DNA of 64,000 nucleotides from Ignavibacteriota bacterium (GCA_963801355.1 CAWDEM010000004.1:672001-736000); one strand, 5' to 3'. Positions 38,682 to 50,167 are shown, numbered from the stretch's first letter. A program made the numbers and translations. Notes: generated by a model from the sequence alone, not told the origin.

Positions 38682-40520
38682 ATGCAGCTCAGGAATGACA
38701 TCCGGAATATCGCAATTATTGCGCACGTCGACCACGGGAAGACCACGCTTGTGGATCACATGCTGCGCCAGACCGGCACATTCCGGTCGAACCAGCAGCT
38801 GATCACGCGCGTCATGGACTCCAATGATCTGGAACGGGAGCGTGGCATCACCATTCTGGCCAAAAATACGTCCGTCCATTACAGTGGGGTGAAGATCAAC
38901 ATCGTTGACACTCCCGGACATACTGATTTCGGCGGGGAAGTGGAGCGCACCCTCACCATGGTTGACGGCGTCCTCCTGCTTGTCGATGCTGCGGAGGGTC
39001 CGCTGCCGGGAACGAAGTTCGTTCTCAAGAAATCGCTCGATCTTCACCTCAAGCCTCTCGTGGTCATCAACAAGATCGACAGGAAGGACGCACGTGCACA
39101 CGAGGTCCTGGACGAGGTGTTTGAGCTTTTTCTTTCCCTTGGCGCAAATGATGAGCAGATTGACTTCCCGACCATTTACTGCATCGCCAAGCAAGGCATA
39201 GCGAAGAAGGAGTTGGATCAGGAGAGTACCAACCTCATGCCCTTGCTGGATGCGATCATTACGCACGTTCCGCCTCCGCCGGGCGACACCGTGTCCCCTT
39301 TCCAGATGCTTGTCACCACGATCGACTACAGTGATTACCTCGGGCGTCTGGGAATCGGCAGGGTGCATCGTGGCACGATTCATCTCGGCTCTTCAATGAA
39401 GATCATTCATCGCGACGGGGTGGTCGATGACGCGCGTGTCACGAAAGTCTACACGTTTGAGGGGCTGAAGCGTGTCGAGGTGGAACAGGCCGGTGCCGGA
39501 GACATTATTGCCCTGGCGGGGATGGAGGACGTGGACATCGGCGAGACCATCGCTGATCAGTCGGACCCCACGGCGCTGCCCTTCGTGGCCATTGAAGAGC
39601 CGACGCTTTCCATGAACTTTGTCGTGAACAACTCCCCCTTCGCAGGGCTGGACGGGAAGTACGTCACGACGCGGCATTTGAGCGAGCGGCTGATCAAGGA
39701 ACTTCGCTCCAACGTCAGTTTACGCATCGAACTCACCGACTCTCCGGACACATTCAAGGTGAGCGGCAGGGGGGAGCTGCACCTGGCGATTCTGATCGAG
39801 ACGATGCGCCGTGAGGGATACGAATTTCAGGTTTCCCGGCCCGAGGTGATATACAAGCGGATCGACGACGTGCTCTGCGAACCGATGGAACACGTGATTA
39901 TTGATGTACCGGATGAATTTGTGGGCATCACGATTGAGAACCTCGGACGGCGCCGGGGCGAACTGAGGAACATGTTGAGCAGCAGCGGAAACACGCGCCT
40001 TGAATTCGTCGTACCCGCGCGGGGATTGATCGGGTTCCGGGGTGAGTTCCTGACGCAAACCAAGGGCACAGGCCTCCTCCATCATAATTTCCACGGGTAT
40101 GAGCCGTATAAGGGGGACCTGGTGCACCGCACGAAAGGCGCGCTGGTGTCCATGGAGGCCGGGGAGGCGGTTGCCTACGGGATGTGGAAGCTCCAGGAAC
40201 GGTCTGTGTTCTTTATCGCGCCGGGCACGAAAGTGTACGTAGGGATGGTCGTGGGGGAGAATGCCCGGGAACATGACATGACCGTCAACGTCTGCAAGAC
40301 GAAACAGCTGACCAACATGCGTGCATCCGGTTCCGACGAGGCGGTCCGCCTTGAGCCGCCGCACATTCATACCCTGGAACAGGCCATCGAATGGATCGGC
40401 GACGATGAGCTTGTGGAAGTGACGCCGCGATCCATCAGAATTCGCAAGAAGCACCTGGATGCCGACGTCCGGAGACGGATGTCAAAGAAAGCCGTTGAGG
40501 CCGACGAATCCGCAGGGTGA
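38682..40520 (+). CDS. typA: Translational GTPase TypA/BipA
   Basis: [53 protein letters not shown]. Confidence 0.97.
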   Translation: MQLRNDIRNIAIIAHVDHGKTTLVDHMLRQTGTFRSNQQLITRVMDSNDLERERGITILAKNTSVHYSGVKINIVDTPGHTDFGGEVERTLTMVDGVLLLVDAAEGPLPGTKFVLKKSLDLHLKPLVVINKIDRKDARAHEVLDEVFELFLSLGANDEQIDFPTIYCIAKQGIAKKELDQESTNLMPLLDAIITHVPPPPGDTVSPFQMLVTTIDYSDYLGRLGIGRVHRGTIHLGSSMKIIHRDGVVDDARVTKVYTFEGLKRVEVEQAGAGDIIALAGMEDVDIGETIADQSDPTALPFVAIEEPTLSMNFVVNNSPFAGLDGKYVTTRHLSERLIKELRSNVSLRIELTDSPDTFKVSGRGELHLAILIETMRREGYEFQVSRPEVIYKRIDDVLCEPMEHVIIDVPDEFVGITIENLGRRRGELRNMLSSSGNTRLEFVVPARGLIGFRGEFLTQTKGTGLLHHNFHGYEPYKGDLVHRTKGALVSMEAGEAVAYGMWKLQERSVFFIAPGTKVYVGMVVGENAREHDMTVNVCKTKQLTNMRASGSDEAVRLEPPHIHTLEQAIEWIGDDELVEVTPRSIRIRKKHLDADVRRRMSKKAVEADESAG

Positions 40521-40548
40521 ATTGTCGCGCGAAGGGTCTCAAACAACG

Positions 40549-40574
40549 CAGCCCGGCTCATAAGAGCCGGGCTG
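40549..40574. terminator. Hairpin between convergent genes (probable bidirectional terminator)
   Basis: CAGCCCGGCTC-ATAA-GAGCCGGGCTG perfect 11-bp stem. Confidence 0.75.
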
Positions 40575-40599
40575 TTGAGTCAGGTACGTATCCGTGTTG

Positions 40600-41259
40600 T
40601 CAGAACGTAAGGCCTGCTGTTACAATGGGGACCAGTGTGACTGTTCCTTCCTCGAGGGGGATCCAATTGAACTTCATCTCGGCGAAGATGAAAGTGCCGC
40701 TGATATCAAAGTCAACTCCCACGCCCGCATTGTATGTGAAGACGGTCTGCTGCTTCAGGATCGTGACCGGCTTCATGTTGGCGCCGCTCAAGGCAAGGGT
40801 CACATCGGTGGCTTTCACGTTGCAGACGCCCACGCCGCCTGTGACATAGGGTTTCACCACCGGTAGCGGGAGCACAACGAGCTTCGCATTGGCGTTCCCC
40901 GAGATCATGTCTACTTTGCCACCTTCGACGTACGATACCGGCAAGGCGCCAAAACTTTGCTTAACGTAGGTCGAGAATTTGTCCTTGTCAGGCGAAACGG
41001 TGAGGTAGTCGCCCGAAATACGGAAGGTGATGACAGGAAGATTGATATCCAGATGAACGCCGCCGCCATATCCGAGGCCGTACACTTCGTCCAGTGCCAC
41101 CTGCAGCGTTCCGGAATTGGACTGGTCAATCTGCAAAAGTTGTTTCACCTTTGCATTTACGTCAGAATTGATCATATTACCGTGTACGCCAAACCCAATC
41201 GTCTGCGCCGAGGCTGAGAACGCGAAAAGCAGGGCACAAAAGAGTAGTAAGCGTTTCAT
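40600..41259 (-). CDS. Small outer-membrane beta-barrel protein (OmpA/OMP_b-brl-like)
   Basis: GGAGG RBS; signal peptide ASA-Q; KPYVTGGVG; C-terminal GLTF. Confidence 0.82.
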   Translation of the reverse strand: MKRLLLFCALLFAFSASAQTIGFGVHGNMINSDVNAKVKQLLQIDQSNSGTLQVALDEVYGLGYGGGVHLDINLPVITFRISGDYLTVSPDKDKFSTYVKQSFGALPVSYVEGGKVDMISGNANAKLVVLPLPVVKPYVTGGVGVCNVKATDVTLALSGANMKPVTILKQQTVFTYNAGVGVDFDISGTFIFAEMKFNWIPLEEGTVTLVPIVTAGLTF

Positions 41260-41417
41260 AGTCCCTCCTTGGGTAGTTATAGTCGTCTTAATGTCCATCG
41301 AACGTTTGTGAGTGTTGCCCTGGGGGTATCCTCTACGAATCTATGCTGTTGGCGGCACATTAGCAAGTTCAATCAAGCCATTTTTCTGTAGTGTCTTTCC
41401 GTTTTACAGAGGTTACC

Positions 41418-41954
41418 ATGACAAACGGTCGTTTTTTGCTGGCATTGCTGGTTATTCTCATGGGGGTCGTCCCAGGATGTGACCAGGGAATGGGCCCCAT
41501 CACCGAAGAGACCGGCTTTAGCGGCATCATATTCTACAAGAACTGGCCCCCTCCTGAGAACATCCTGGAACTCCGCCTTGTGGCACTTGAAGAATATCCG
41601 GCAGACAGCACCGGTCTCATTCAGGCCCTTTTTGCAATGCGGGCGGCGATCTACCCTCACATTACCACGGGAGTCCTGCCGGCGCTGCAAATCCTCGGCA
41701 ACAAATCCGCGGACACGGTGCACTACACCTTCACCAAGGAGGGGACGATACTGAAGGAGGTCACCTACAATTATGTGGTTCTGGCCTGGCGGTACGGGCC
41801 GGACTATTTCGCCGACTGGGCTCCCGCCGGTGTGTTCACGCTCACGCCCGGGACTTTTGATCCGGCGCCGGTGATTGTGCGCGCCCACCGCATGCGGAAA
41901 GATGTCAACATCTCCGTCGACTTCAACAACCTTCCCCCGAAACCATGGCGATGA
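41418..41954 (+). CDS. Hypothetical lipoprotein coupled to TonB receptor
   Basis: Lipobox-like VPG-C; ATGA overlap with next gene. Confidence 0.7.
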   Translation: MTNGRFLLALLVILMGVVPGCDQGMGPITEETGFSGIIFYKNWPPPENILELRLVALEEYPADSTGLIQALFAMRAAIYPHITTGVLPALQILGNKSADTVHYTFTKEGTILKEVTYNYVVLAWRYGPDYFADWAPAGVFTLTPGTFDPAPVIVRAHRMRKDVNISVDFNNLPPKPWR

Positions 41955-44149
41955 AACGCATCTCTTTGACACTCGCATTGCTCGCCTCCGTTACTGCGCT
42001 TGCATTGGCAGCCGGTGGCAACATTACCGGCCGGGTCACTGCTATTACCGACCGCCAGACCGAACCCCTCATCGGCGCGGTTGTTCTTGTGCAGGGATCG
42101 GTTCGCGGCACTACGACTAATCTCAAGGGAGAATACCGTATTGCGGATCTCCCGTCGGGCCGCTATTCGGTCACCGTCTCGATGGTCGGGTACCAGCGGA
42201 GTACCCGCACGGACATTGCTGTGGAAGAAGGCCAGGATGCCGTTGCCAATTTCACCCTGACGTCGTCACCGGTGCAGATCGACCAGGTGGTTGTGACTGC
42301 AAGCAGACGGGCCCAATCCCTGGAAGAAGTTCCGGTCAGCATCTCCGTGCTCGATGCGGGGGAGATCCGCCAGCGGAATGCGATGGTGATTGACGATGCG
42401 CTCCGGTATATCCCGGGTGTGAACATGACGGGCTTCCAGGTGAACATCCGCGGCTCCAGCGGATACAGCAGGGGCGCAGGAAGCCGTGTGTTGATGCTGC
42501 TGGACGGCATCCCTTTCATCGCCGGCGACACCGGTGAACTCAACTTTGAAACCGTTCCCGTCGGAATGGTTGACCGGATCGAAGTGGTAAAGGGTGCAAG
42601 TTCCGCACTCTACGGCTCCAACGCCCTCGGAGGCGTCATCAACGTTATTACCAAGGAAATCCCGGAAACGCCCAACACGACTCTCCGTCTCTTTGGAGGA
42701 GTATACAACCAACCCTCGCACGAGGAGTGGAGATGGAGCGACAAATGGCGGTTTGTGAATGGACAGTCGGTGAGCCACACCTATCGCGTCGGCAACCTCG
42801 GCCTTGGATTGTTTCTGTCACGCCAGTTTGATGACGGATACCGCAAGAACGATTACCGGCGCCGGTACAACGTCTTCGTCAAGGTCAAGGAGGACTACGC
42901 GCAGAACGATGCGCTGACAATGACGTTCGGGTTGCTGTATCAGTACGGCGGGCAATTCCTCTACTGGCGGAGCCTCGACTCGGCGTATCTTCCGCCGCTC
43001 GCACAGGCGGACGACAATATCAAGTCCATCCGTTTCTTCACCACGGGGCAGTATACAACGGTGATAAACGAAGGCTTTGCCCTGACCACGCGTGCCATGT
43101 GGTTCCACAACGACTGGGGATTTGAGACCCGCAGCGGGGTGGGGCGTGCGGAATCCGTGGCGGACGACTTCAGGCTGGAGTCACAGGCGACATTGATGCC
43201 CAATGACACCCATACATTGACATTCGGCGCCGAGGGGAATGTGGACCTGATAGGGGGGGACGTGATCAGTCAGAGAGTCATTGGCGGGTTCGCCCTGTAC
43301 GCGCAGGATGAAATCCGGTTGGCACAACCACTCACCCTGACCCTCGGAGGCCGGTATGATTTCACCTCCGTGGGGGTCACCGCGCCGGGCGGTTCATTGA
43401 ACCCGAAGGTAGCGCTTGCGTACACCCCCGCCGAGGGAACAACAGTGCGCGCGTCAATCGGCCGGGGATTCCGCGTCCCCTCGGTGGCCGAGGCCTTCCT
43501 GATGGCCGGATTCAACAACATCATTGCCAGACCCAATGAAGATCTCAAACCCGAGCGAAGCTGGTCGTTCGAGGTCGGGGTATCGCAGCGGTTGGGCGAA
43601 TTCGGAACTTTTGATATCGCAGGATTCCGATCGGACTTCGACAATCTGATTGAAGTCGTGCCGGATGTCGCGGAAAACGCTCTTCGATTCCAGTGGCGCA
43701 ACGTGGCAGAAGCCCGCATACAGGGTGTTGAAACGTCGTTGAAGCTGGGATTCTTCGAGGGTGCTCTGCAGTACAATCTCGGCTATACATATGTCTGGCC
43801 CGAAGACCTGACGCAGCACGATATGCTGAAATACAGGCCGCGCCACATCTTCTACACCTCACTCGCCGGTCATATCGGCCCGGTGCGCGCATCTACGGAT
43901 TTCCGCTTCATCAGCCGGGTGGATCGCGTCGACGATATCCTCGGGAACTACGGCATCGTCCCGGATGCCGAGGAGAGGACGCAAATCCTGGTGACGGATT
44001 TCCGTCTGGGGGTTGATTTCAGCGTCGGAAATGCCCCTTTCAGCGCCACCGCGATCGTCAATAATGCCTTCCAGTACAACTACGTAGAACTGATGGGCAA
44101 CATGATGCCGCCGCGGACCTACATGCTCGTGCTCGAAGCGAGGATGTGA
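41951..44149 (+). CDS. TonB-dependent receptor with N-terminal carboxypeptidase-regulatory-like domain
   Basis: PLIGAVV, DQVVVTASR TonB box, RVLMLLDGIP, RIEVVKGASSALYGSNALGGVINVIT, LKPERS. Confidence 0.93.
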   Translation: MKRISLTLALLASVTALALAAGGNITGRVTAITDRQTEPLIGAVVLVQGSVRGTTTNLKGEYRIADLPSGRYSVTVSMVGYQRSTRTDIAVEEGQDAVANFTLTSSPVQIDQVVVTASRRAQSLEEVPVSISVLDAGEIRQRNAMVIDDALRYIPGVNMTGFQVNIRGSSGYSRGAGSRVLMLLDGIPFIAGDTGELNFETVPVGMVDRIEVVKGASSALYGSNALGGVINVITKEIPETPNTTLRLFGGVYNQPSHEEWRWSDKWRFVNGQSVSHTYRVGNLGLGLFLSRQFDDGYRKNDYRRRYNVFVKVKEDYAQNDALTMTFGLLYQYGGQFLYWRSLDSAYLPPLAQADDNIKSIRFFTTGQYTTVINEGFALTTRAMWFHNDWGFETRSGVGRAESVADDFRLESQATLMPNDTHTLTFGAEGNVDLIGGDVISQRVIGGFALYAQDEIRLAQPLTLTLGGRYDFTSVGVTAPGGSLNPKVALAYTPAEGTTVRASIGRGFRVPSVAEAFLMAGFNNIIARPNEDLKPERSWSFEVGVSQRLGEFGTFDIAGFRSDFDNLIEVVPDVAENALRFQWRNVAEARIQGVETSLKLGFFEGALQYNLGYTYVWPEDLTQHDMLKYRPRHIFYTSLAGHIGPVRASTDFRFISRVDRVDDILGNYGIVPDAEERTQILVTDFRLGVDFSVGNAPFSATAIVNNAFQYNYVELMGNMMPPRTYMLVLEARM

Positions 44150-44238
44150 TACGGATCACAACAGGTTTTGCCGATATTGCCGATCTTGGACACACCGGTA
44201 GTGCTGGGAATGTTCAATTGACTCCTGAAGGAGGAGAT

Positions 44239-45396
44239 ATGCAGAGAATGCTTCGATATTTCACTTGCGCGATCATTTTGTGCACTGCGACAAGCGGCGC
44301 ACTTGCGCAAATCACTATGGATACCGCGGATGTCGCCAGAATTTTCAAAGTCGGAAATGTCCTTTTCAACAATAGCGATACACTGACAACCACGGCAGAC
44401 ATCGGAGCCCCGGGCCTGACCAGCTGGGACTTCAGCGGTCTGAAAACCACGTCGTTCATGAGGATGGTGAGCGTTAATCCCAGGACTTCAACGTATGCCA
44501 GCCAGTTCCCTACTGCCACACATGCTGTGCGGGATACGGCGTTCACCTACTCGTTCTACTATGCGGATCTCAGCACAACAGTCATACTGAAGGGCACAGG
44601 CTTTGAATATTTCACTCTGGGAACGGACCTGCAAGATCACGGGCTGATTGGGGCCGGGACCGCGTACATGTTGGGTGGCTCATTCCCCGCCAATGGATCC
44701 TGGCTCAGGTCGCCGGCGGCCATCTACTACGGACTTCCTTTAACGATGCCCGGCGGGTGGAGCACGACATACGATGAAACTCTTTCGGGAAAGGCCGACT
44801 TCTTAGGCGGTCTTCCAATTGGTCCTAGTGTCACCAAGCATACCGTCACCTACACCGTTGATGCCTACGGGCCGCTCACGCTTCCCGGCCCAAAAACGCA
44901 ACAGGCGTTGCGCCTCTACAAAATCGATCGGTTCACTGGGGCCACAAACGGCGTGCACAAGGGATACGTCCTCCTGGCAAGGAACGGTGCTTCCGTCCAG
45001 GTGACGTTGACGGATACGCTTGCATCTTCCAGCGGAACAGTTGGAGTGACAGCGGTGGTCTGGATGCCCCCGACTGTGGAAGTGCCGGATTACACTCCGT
45101 TGTCAGAGACTCCCACGGCATTCGGGTTGGAGCAAAACTATCCGAATCCGTTCAACCCCAGCACTCAAATAGGGTTTGCGGTGTCGGGTCCGGGGTCCAG
45201 CTGGGTGAGGCTCGGCGTGTACGACATGCTCGGCCGGGAGGTGGCGTTGCTCGTCGATGAACAGAAGCCGGCAGGAGCGTACCGTGTTCAGTTTGACGGG
45301 CGTGGCCTGTCAACCGGAATCTATCATTACCGGTTGACGGCTACCGGTGACGCCGGCACATTCGTCGAAACAAAGAGCATGGTGCTTGTGAAGTAG
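44239..45396 (+). CDS. Secreted protein with T9SS-type C-terminal sorting domain
   Basis: AGGAG RBS; signal peptide; LEQNYPNPFNPST...VYDMLGREVA...TKSMVLVK. Confidence 0.85.
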   Translation: MQRMLRYFTCAIILCTATSGALAQITMDTADVARIFKVGNVLFNNSDTLTTTADIGAPGLTSWDFSGLKTTSFMRMVSVNPRTSTYASQFPTATHAVRDTAFTYSFYYADLSTTVILKGTGFEYFTLGTDLQDHGLIGAGTAYMLGGSFPANGSWLRSPAAIYYGLPLTMPGGWSTTYDETLSGKADFLGGLPIGPSVTKHTVTYTVDAYGPLTLPGPKTQQALRLYKIDRFTGATNGVHKGYVLLARNGASVQVTLTDTLASSSGTVGVTAVVWMPPTVEVPDYTPLSETPTAFGLEQNYPNPFNPSTQIGFAVSGPGSSWVRLGVYDMLGREVALLVDEQKPAGAYRVQFDGRGLSTGIYHYRLTATGDAGTFVETKSMVLVK

Positions 45397-45478
45397 TAGG
45401 GCGGCCTGAGACCGGCGACAAGATCAAGCGTCCGGCGGGATCAAGACATAGACTGTGGCAAAGGGATAGAAAGAACAT

Positions 45479-45507
45479 GAGCCGCATCGGAAACCCCGGT
45501 GCGGCTC
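45479..45507. terminator. Hairpin between convergent genes
   Basis: GAGCCGCATCGG-N5-CCGGTGCGGCTC (one G-U). Confidence 0.65.
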
Positions 45508-45571
45508 GCGTATTTGTCGTCCGCCTCTACGGCCCACCTGGACTGCGTCCGTTTCCCGTTTTGTGCTGCAA

Positions 45572-46117
45572 CTATTGCGCAAGCGCTCGTTTCAGCGTTC
45601 GCAGGGCATGGGCGATCTGATTCTCCACTGTTTTCACGCTGATGCCCAGCAATGCGGCAATTTCCAGATGGGATTTTCCTTCATATCTGCTCAGCAGAAA
45701 AACAGCCCTGCACCGCTCACCCAGCCGGCTGTTGACTATCCCCACAATCCGTTCCTCCAGCATCCGGAGCTGGAGTATCTCTACCGGATCATCTCCTTCA
45801 GAAGCAGCCGGAACGGGAACGTCCCCGGCCAGGCGGTCACGCGTGGATTGATGTCTTGCCATGTCACGCACCAGGTTCTGGCTGATGCGCAGGGTGAGGG
45901 CCAGGAACGGGAGGTGTGGTTTGAGAGACGACCGGTGCTCCCAGATGCGGACAAAGGTTTCCTGCACAATCTCGTGCGACGTGTCCACATCACGTACGCG
46001 AAAGTACACCTGCCGGTACACCAGGGGTTGATATCTGCGGAACAGTTCGCCGAAGGCGTCAGGATCTGACTCCTTCACCCGTGTCAGCAAATCGATATCT
46101 GTGCCCGGCGAGACCAT
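45572..46117 (-). CDS. ECF RNA polymerase sigma factor (FecI-like)
   Basis: AFGELFRRY, EIVQETFVRIW, VFLLSRYEGKSHLEIAALLGISVKTVENQI; start 46117. Confidence 0.92.
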   Translation of the reverse strand: MVSPGTDIDLLTRVKESDPDAFGELFRRYQPLVYRQVYFRVRDVDTSHEIVQETFVRIWEHRSSLKPHLPFLALTLRISQNLVRDMARHQSTRDRLAGDVPVPAASEGDDPVEILQLRMLEERIVGIVNSRLGERCRAVFLLSRYEGKSHLEIAALLGISVKTVENQIAHALRTLKRALAQ

Positions 46118-46219
46118 ATGATCCTTCAGAAAGGTAGAACGGGAATTGAACGGAATCAACCCCCCGTTGGCAATGGGGGGCACAGCCCCCTGGTTCGTTA
46201 TATGAATAGGAGGCCTGCT

Positions 46220-47158
46220 ATGGTCCGAAAAATCCGATGGTTCAAATGGCTCAATCTGAATAGCCGCGAATCGACTTCCGTGCCTGACGAAGTGATTGGC
46301 AAGGCGCTGGCACGAGACCGATCCGGAATTGCAGAACAGGATCCGGACACCGCGCGTCAATGGAATCTCCTGAGGGCGCGAATGGTGCAATCCTCTCGAG
46401 TGACTTCCTCACCCCGGGCGGCATCTTACACGTACCGGTTCAAACCCGGAATTGCTATCGCCCTCGGCTCTCTGGCCGTTCTTGCAGGCGTTGTGCTGTT
46501 TTGGCCGTCGCCGGCGGCTGCACCCCCCTTCTACCAGACCGGAGTCGGACAGCGTAGCACGATCGTCCTTGCAGACAGCACCGAGGTGACACTCAATCAC
46601 ACTTCCACACTGGCTCTGCTCCCGCTCAAGCCGGGGGAGGGCCGGCGCACCGTGTTGAGAGGGGAGGCGTTTTTCAAAGTGCGAAAAACAGGCACGCCGT
46701 TCATCGTGGAAACGGATTTCGGCGCGGTCAGTGTCCTTGGAACTGAATTCAATGTACGGACACGGCATGACGAAAATGAGGTCGCTGTCGTGCACGGGAG
46801 AGTCGAGGTAACCTCATCGCACAACGGAAGAGACAGCTCTGTGCTTCTGAATGCGGGACAACTGACGATGTTCACACAAGGAGAGGTCCCGGGAGCACCG
46901 CAACGTCTCCCGTTCGCAGAGGACTACCCTGGGTGGATGAAAGGGAAGTTTCTCTTCAATCAGACATCCCTCTCCTCCGCATGCCGGGAAATTGCAGATC
47001 AGTTCGGCGTGCCTGTGAGGACCGAAGCTCCGAAGTTCAACATCGAAACAATCACGGGTGTGGTGGACGGGGGCAATGTCGAATCCGCCATCAAGACTCT
47101 CTGCCTTCTCTCGGGGACATCGTATCGTCATGAGAACAACGGCTACGTATTGTATTAA
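46220..47158 (+). CDS. FecR-family anti-sigma factor
   Basis: AGGAGG RBS; TM; LADSTEVTLN, LRGEAFFKV, PFIVET, VLGTEFNV, GWMKGKFLF. Confidence 0.92.
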   Translation: MVRKIRWFKWLNLNSRESTSVPDEVIGKALARDRSGIAEQDPDTARQWNLLRARMVQSSRVTSSPRAASYTYRFKPGIAIALGSLAVLAGVVLFWPSPAAAPPFYQTGVGQRSTIVLADSTEVTLNHTSTLALLPLKPGEGRRTVLRGEAFFKVRKTGTPFIVETDFGAVSVLGTEFNVRTRHDENEVAVVHGRVEVTSSHNGRDSSVLLNAGQLTMFTQGEVPGAPQRLPFAEDYPGWMKGKFLFNQTSLSSACREIADQFGVPVRTEAPKFNIETITGVVDGGNVESAIKTLCLLSGTSYRHENNGYVLY

Positions 47159-49643
47159 CATTTGCGTCGTTCTTGGTATCGTCGGTGCGTTCTCGAGTCC
47201 CTCCCACGCACAGGACCCGGAGCGGCAGCGGACGTTCAGGTTCGAGAATGTGGAGATGCGAAATGCGCTGGACTCCCTTATGCGATGGTATGACATCTCC
47301 ATCGTCTACTTCGACATTCATGTCAGCGGGTCGAAGGTCACCACCCGGTGCTCTTCCTGCACTGTCGTACAGGCTCTTGAGCAGGTTCTGGATGGGACCG
47401 GCCTGATGTGGATCAGAATGGGAAACCAGTTTGTCCTCAGGTCCCGTCCCGGGTCGCCGGATCGCGTTACCGCCGCTCTCAATGGTGTGGTGTCCGATTC
47501 TCTCACGGGGGGATGGGTTGCCGGGGCAACCGTACTCCTGCAGAAGGCTGAGGAGGGCGCGAGCCGCGAGGTGGTCCGGTGGTGTCCGACGAATTCGTTC
47601 GGGTTCTATTCGCTCCCCGATGTCGAGCTGGGAGACTACGTGCTCACGGTCAGGGCCATTGGATATGCACCGTGCAGCCATGCATTCAGCATCGAAGGCC
47701 GGGACGCCCGCCGGGTGGATCTCTTCCTACGGCAGGTGGAGATCTTCATGCAGGAATTCACCGTGGAAGGTCATCGGACCGAATCCTCACCGGCTGGCGG
47801 GCTTGTGCGTGGGACCTATGTACGCTCCGTTCCTTCGGATCAGACACAGTATCTGCTCGATGGTGCGAGGATCTATAATCCATCGCACTTCGGTGGTGTG
47901 CTGGCCACCTTTCAACCGGATATTTTGAACGACGTAGAGTCAGAGATGAGCGGACTCTCGCCTTTCTACGGCGGACGGATAGGTGGGCTTCTGGATCTGT
48001 CCATCCGGGAAGGGACACAGGAACGAATCGCCGGCATTGCGGGGATGGGTTCACTCGGCACACACCTGCTGATCGAAGGGCCGCTCGGAGACAGGTCGAC
48101 TTTTCTGGTCTCGGGGCGGAGGGCATATGTGGATCCTGCTGTACCCTTCCTCAGGGCCGACGCTACGCCGAGCCGGTCCGGGTCCTATGAGCTCGTCGGC
48201 AAGGCAAACTACCGGTTGTCAGGGAGCAGCCGGCTCTTTCTGAGTGGATATCTGGGCGGGGATACATACGCCAATGGCGTTGAGGGTGCCGGTGGGCACC
48301 TGGACAATGCATTTGAATGGTCAAACCGCAATCTCCAATGCCGCTGGTTCGGCATCAGCTCGTCATCGTTGTTCCTGTATGGTTCCATCGGGTATTCCCG
48401 CCATGACCTGTCGCTGGATCACAGACTGACGGCCCCCTGGACAATTGAACCGTCCGCCTCGTATTCGTCGGACTACCGGATTGAGAACATAAGTCTCCGT
48501 GCCCATGCCGAACATTTTCTCGATCGAGAGCACACGATCCGTGGAGGTGTGGAGCTGAATGCCCACAGAATCACCGGGGATATCAGCGAATTCTCCCTTT
48601 CCAATGCACCTATGTCTTTCGACGGATTCAGATTCTGGGAATTGGCCCTCTATCTACAGGACCAATGGCGTATTACCGACGGGCTGACGGCGGAACTGGG
48701 GGCCCGTGCGACTTCGTTTATCGGGGAGAACGGCTCACGCTCCGGGCTTGATCCACGGTTCTCGCTCATCGTCGCGCTGGACGACAACACCAGGTTCTAT
48801 ACGTCATTGACCGCGATCAACCAGTTCATCCATCCATACCGCAACACCGGCGTATTTTTCTTCTATCCCACTCTGTTCTGGTACCCTTCAGACGTTACGG
48901 TGAAACCTTCGACAGCGCTTCAGATCACAGCGGGGACCGAGCGGGACTGGGGTGCCGAAGCCTATCTCGCTTCCGCGGAGGCATACTATCGCGTCACCCA
49001 CGACTATCACGGATACACGATCCTCACGCAGCGCGGCGAGTCTTCAAGTCTACATCAGGCACTGCACTATGGCACCGAGAGTGCCTACGGCGGGAGTGTC
49101 GCGCTGCGCAAACGTTTCGGTGTGTTCACGGGCTCCCTCCGGTACACGTTAAGCTGGCTGCTCGACACGTTTGCCGAGGTGAACCATGGAGAACCGTTTG
49201 CTCCGGCGTTTGACCGCAGGCATGAACTTGAGCTTTGGGCGACGTACTCTCCGGGTGATGACTGGACGGTGAGTGCAGTGTGTGTCCTTGCCTCCGAACC
49301 TCCCCTGATGACAACGGCATCACCGTTCCGTATGAACGCCGAAATCGCTCCCGACCCCTCCACAGGACCAACGTACAGTTATGCGCGCTCTTTCGCACTT
49401 GATGCAAACGGGAGCAAGACTCCCGGCTTTCAGCGGTTCGAGGTCAGCGTCATGAAACGCGTGGTGCTCTGGGGAGTGGCATGTCAGTTCACGCTCCGGA
49501 TGCTGAATGCCTACGGTCTCCTGGATCCATTCATCTGGACCCTGAATGGCAGTTCGAATCCGCGAACCATATGGACGGTGGAACTCAGGGAACTTACTCT
49601 GTTTCCGCTCTATCCGTCAGTCGGAATGAATATCCGTTTCTGA
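47130..49643 (+). CDS. TonB-dependent transducer (STN-like + CarboxypepD_reg-like + barrel)
   Basis: Signal peptide; STN-like N-terminus; TNSFGFYSL; LLDGARIYNPSH; YGGRIGG; YLQDQW; FDRRH; C-terminal IRF. Confidence 0.85.
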   Translation: MRTTATYCINICVVLGIVGAFSSPSHAQDPERQRTFRFENVEMRNALDSLMRWYDISIVYFDIHVSGSKVTTRCSSCTVVQALEQVLDGTGLMWIRMGNQFVLRSRPGSPDRVTAALNGVVSDSLTGGWVAGATVLLQKAEEGASREVVRWCPTNSFGFYSLPDVELGDYVLTVRAIGYAPCSHAFSIEGRDARRVDLFLRQVEIFMQEFTVEGHRTESSPAGGLVRGTYVRSVPSDQTQYLLDGARIYNPSHFGGVLATFQPDILNDVESEMSGLSPFYGGRIGGLLDLSIREGTQERIAGIAGMGSLGTHLLIEGPLGDRSTFLVSGRRAYVDPAVPFLRADATPSRSGSYELVGKANYRLSGSSRLFLSGYLGGDTYANGVEGAGGHLDNAFEWSNRNLQCRWFGISSSSLFLYGSIGYSRHDLSLDHRLTAPWTIEPSASYSSDYRIENISLRAHAEHFLDREHTIRGGVELNAHRITGDISEFSLSNAPMSFDGFRFWELALYLQDQWRITDGLTAELGARATSFIGENGSRSGLDPRFSLIVALDDNTRFYTSLTAINQFIHPYRNTGVFFFYPTLFWYPSDVTVKPSTALQITAGTERDWGAEAYLASAEAYYRVTHDYHGYTILTQRGESSSLHQALHYGTESAYGGSVALRKRFGVFTGSLRYTLSWLLDTFAEVNHGEPFAPAFDRRHELELWATYSPGDDWTVSAVCVLASEPPLMTTASPFRMNAEIAPDPSTGPTYSYARSFALDANGSKTPGFQRFEVSVMKRVVLWGVACQFTLRMLNAYGLLDPFIWTLNGSSNPRTIWTVELRELTLFPLYPSVGMNIRF

Positions 49644-49717
49644 AACCGGGGACAACTCACACATGACAACGATGATGGTGTTGTGCAGATGACGACATCA
49701 ATAGTGAGAATACATCC

Positions 49718-50167
49718 ATGAAATGTACATGGCACTACGCCGGGATTCTCCTGGCGATGTTTTCCTGGACATCGTGCAAAGATCTGTCGACCGATCCGAC
49801 GCAAGGAGGCCGGTATCAGTATGCGAGCTATAATTCTGCAGGCGTTCTTGTCGTACACGGTTGGTTCACACTGAATTTCGCCGATTCCCAATCTGTTTCG
49901 GGGGAGTGGCACTTCGCGCCGGTAGGAAATCCCCGAAACATTGGTCCGCAAACCGGCGATGGAACGCTTGTGGGCGGCTTCCACGACGGCAAATTATGGA
50001 TAGAGCTCAACCCACAATTCAGGGACAACAATCTTCAGCTGACCGGCACACTCGACGGCAACCGGTACTTTGGTGTATGGGCGTGGATCAGTTTTGTGGG
50101 AATCACTAGTACCGGGACATTCGAAGCGGTGAAAAATGGGGATGCATCGTTGATGGTGATAGAATAG
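49718..50167 (+). CDS. Hypothetical lipoprotein
   Basis: Signal with WTS-CKDLSTDP; beta-rich body. Confidence 0.72.
   Translation: MKCTWHYAGILLAMFSWTSCKDLSTDPTQGGRYQYASYNSAGVLVVHGWFTLNFADSQSVSGEWHFAPVGNPRNIGPQTGDGTLVGGFHDGKLWIELNPQFRDNNLQLTGTLDGNRYFGVWAWISFVGITSTGTFEAVKNGDASLMVIE

Noticed and set aside
45563-46069. 168-aa plus-strand ORF
   Set aside because: Lies antisense to the well-supported ECF sigma factor
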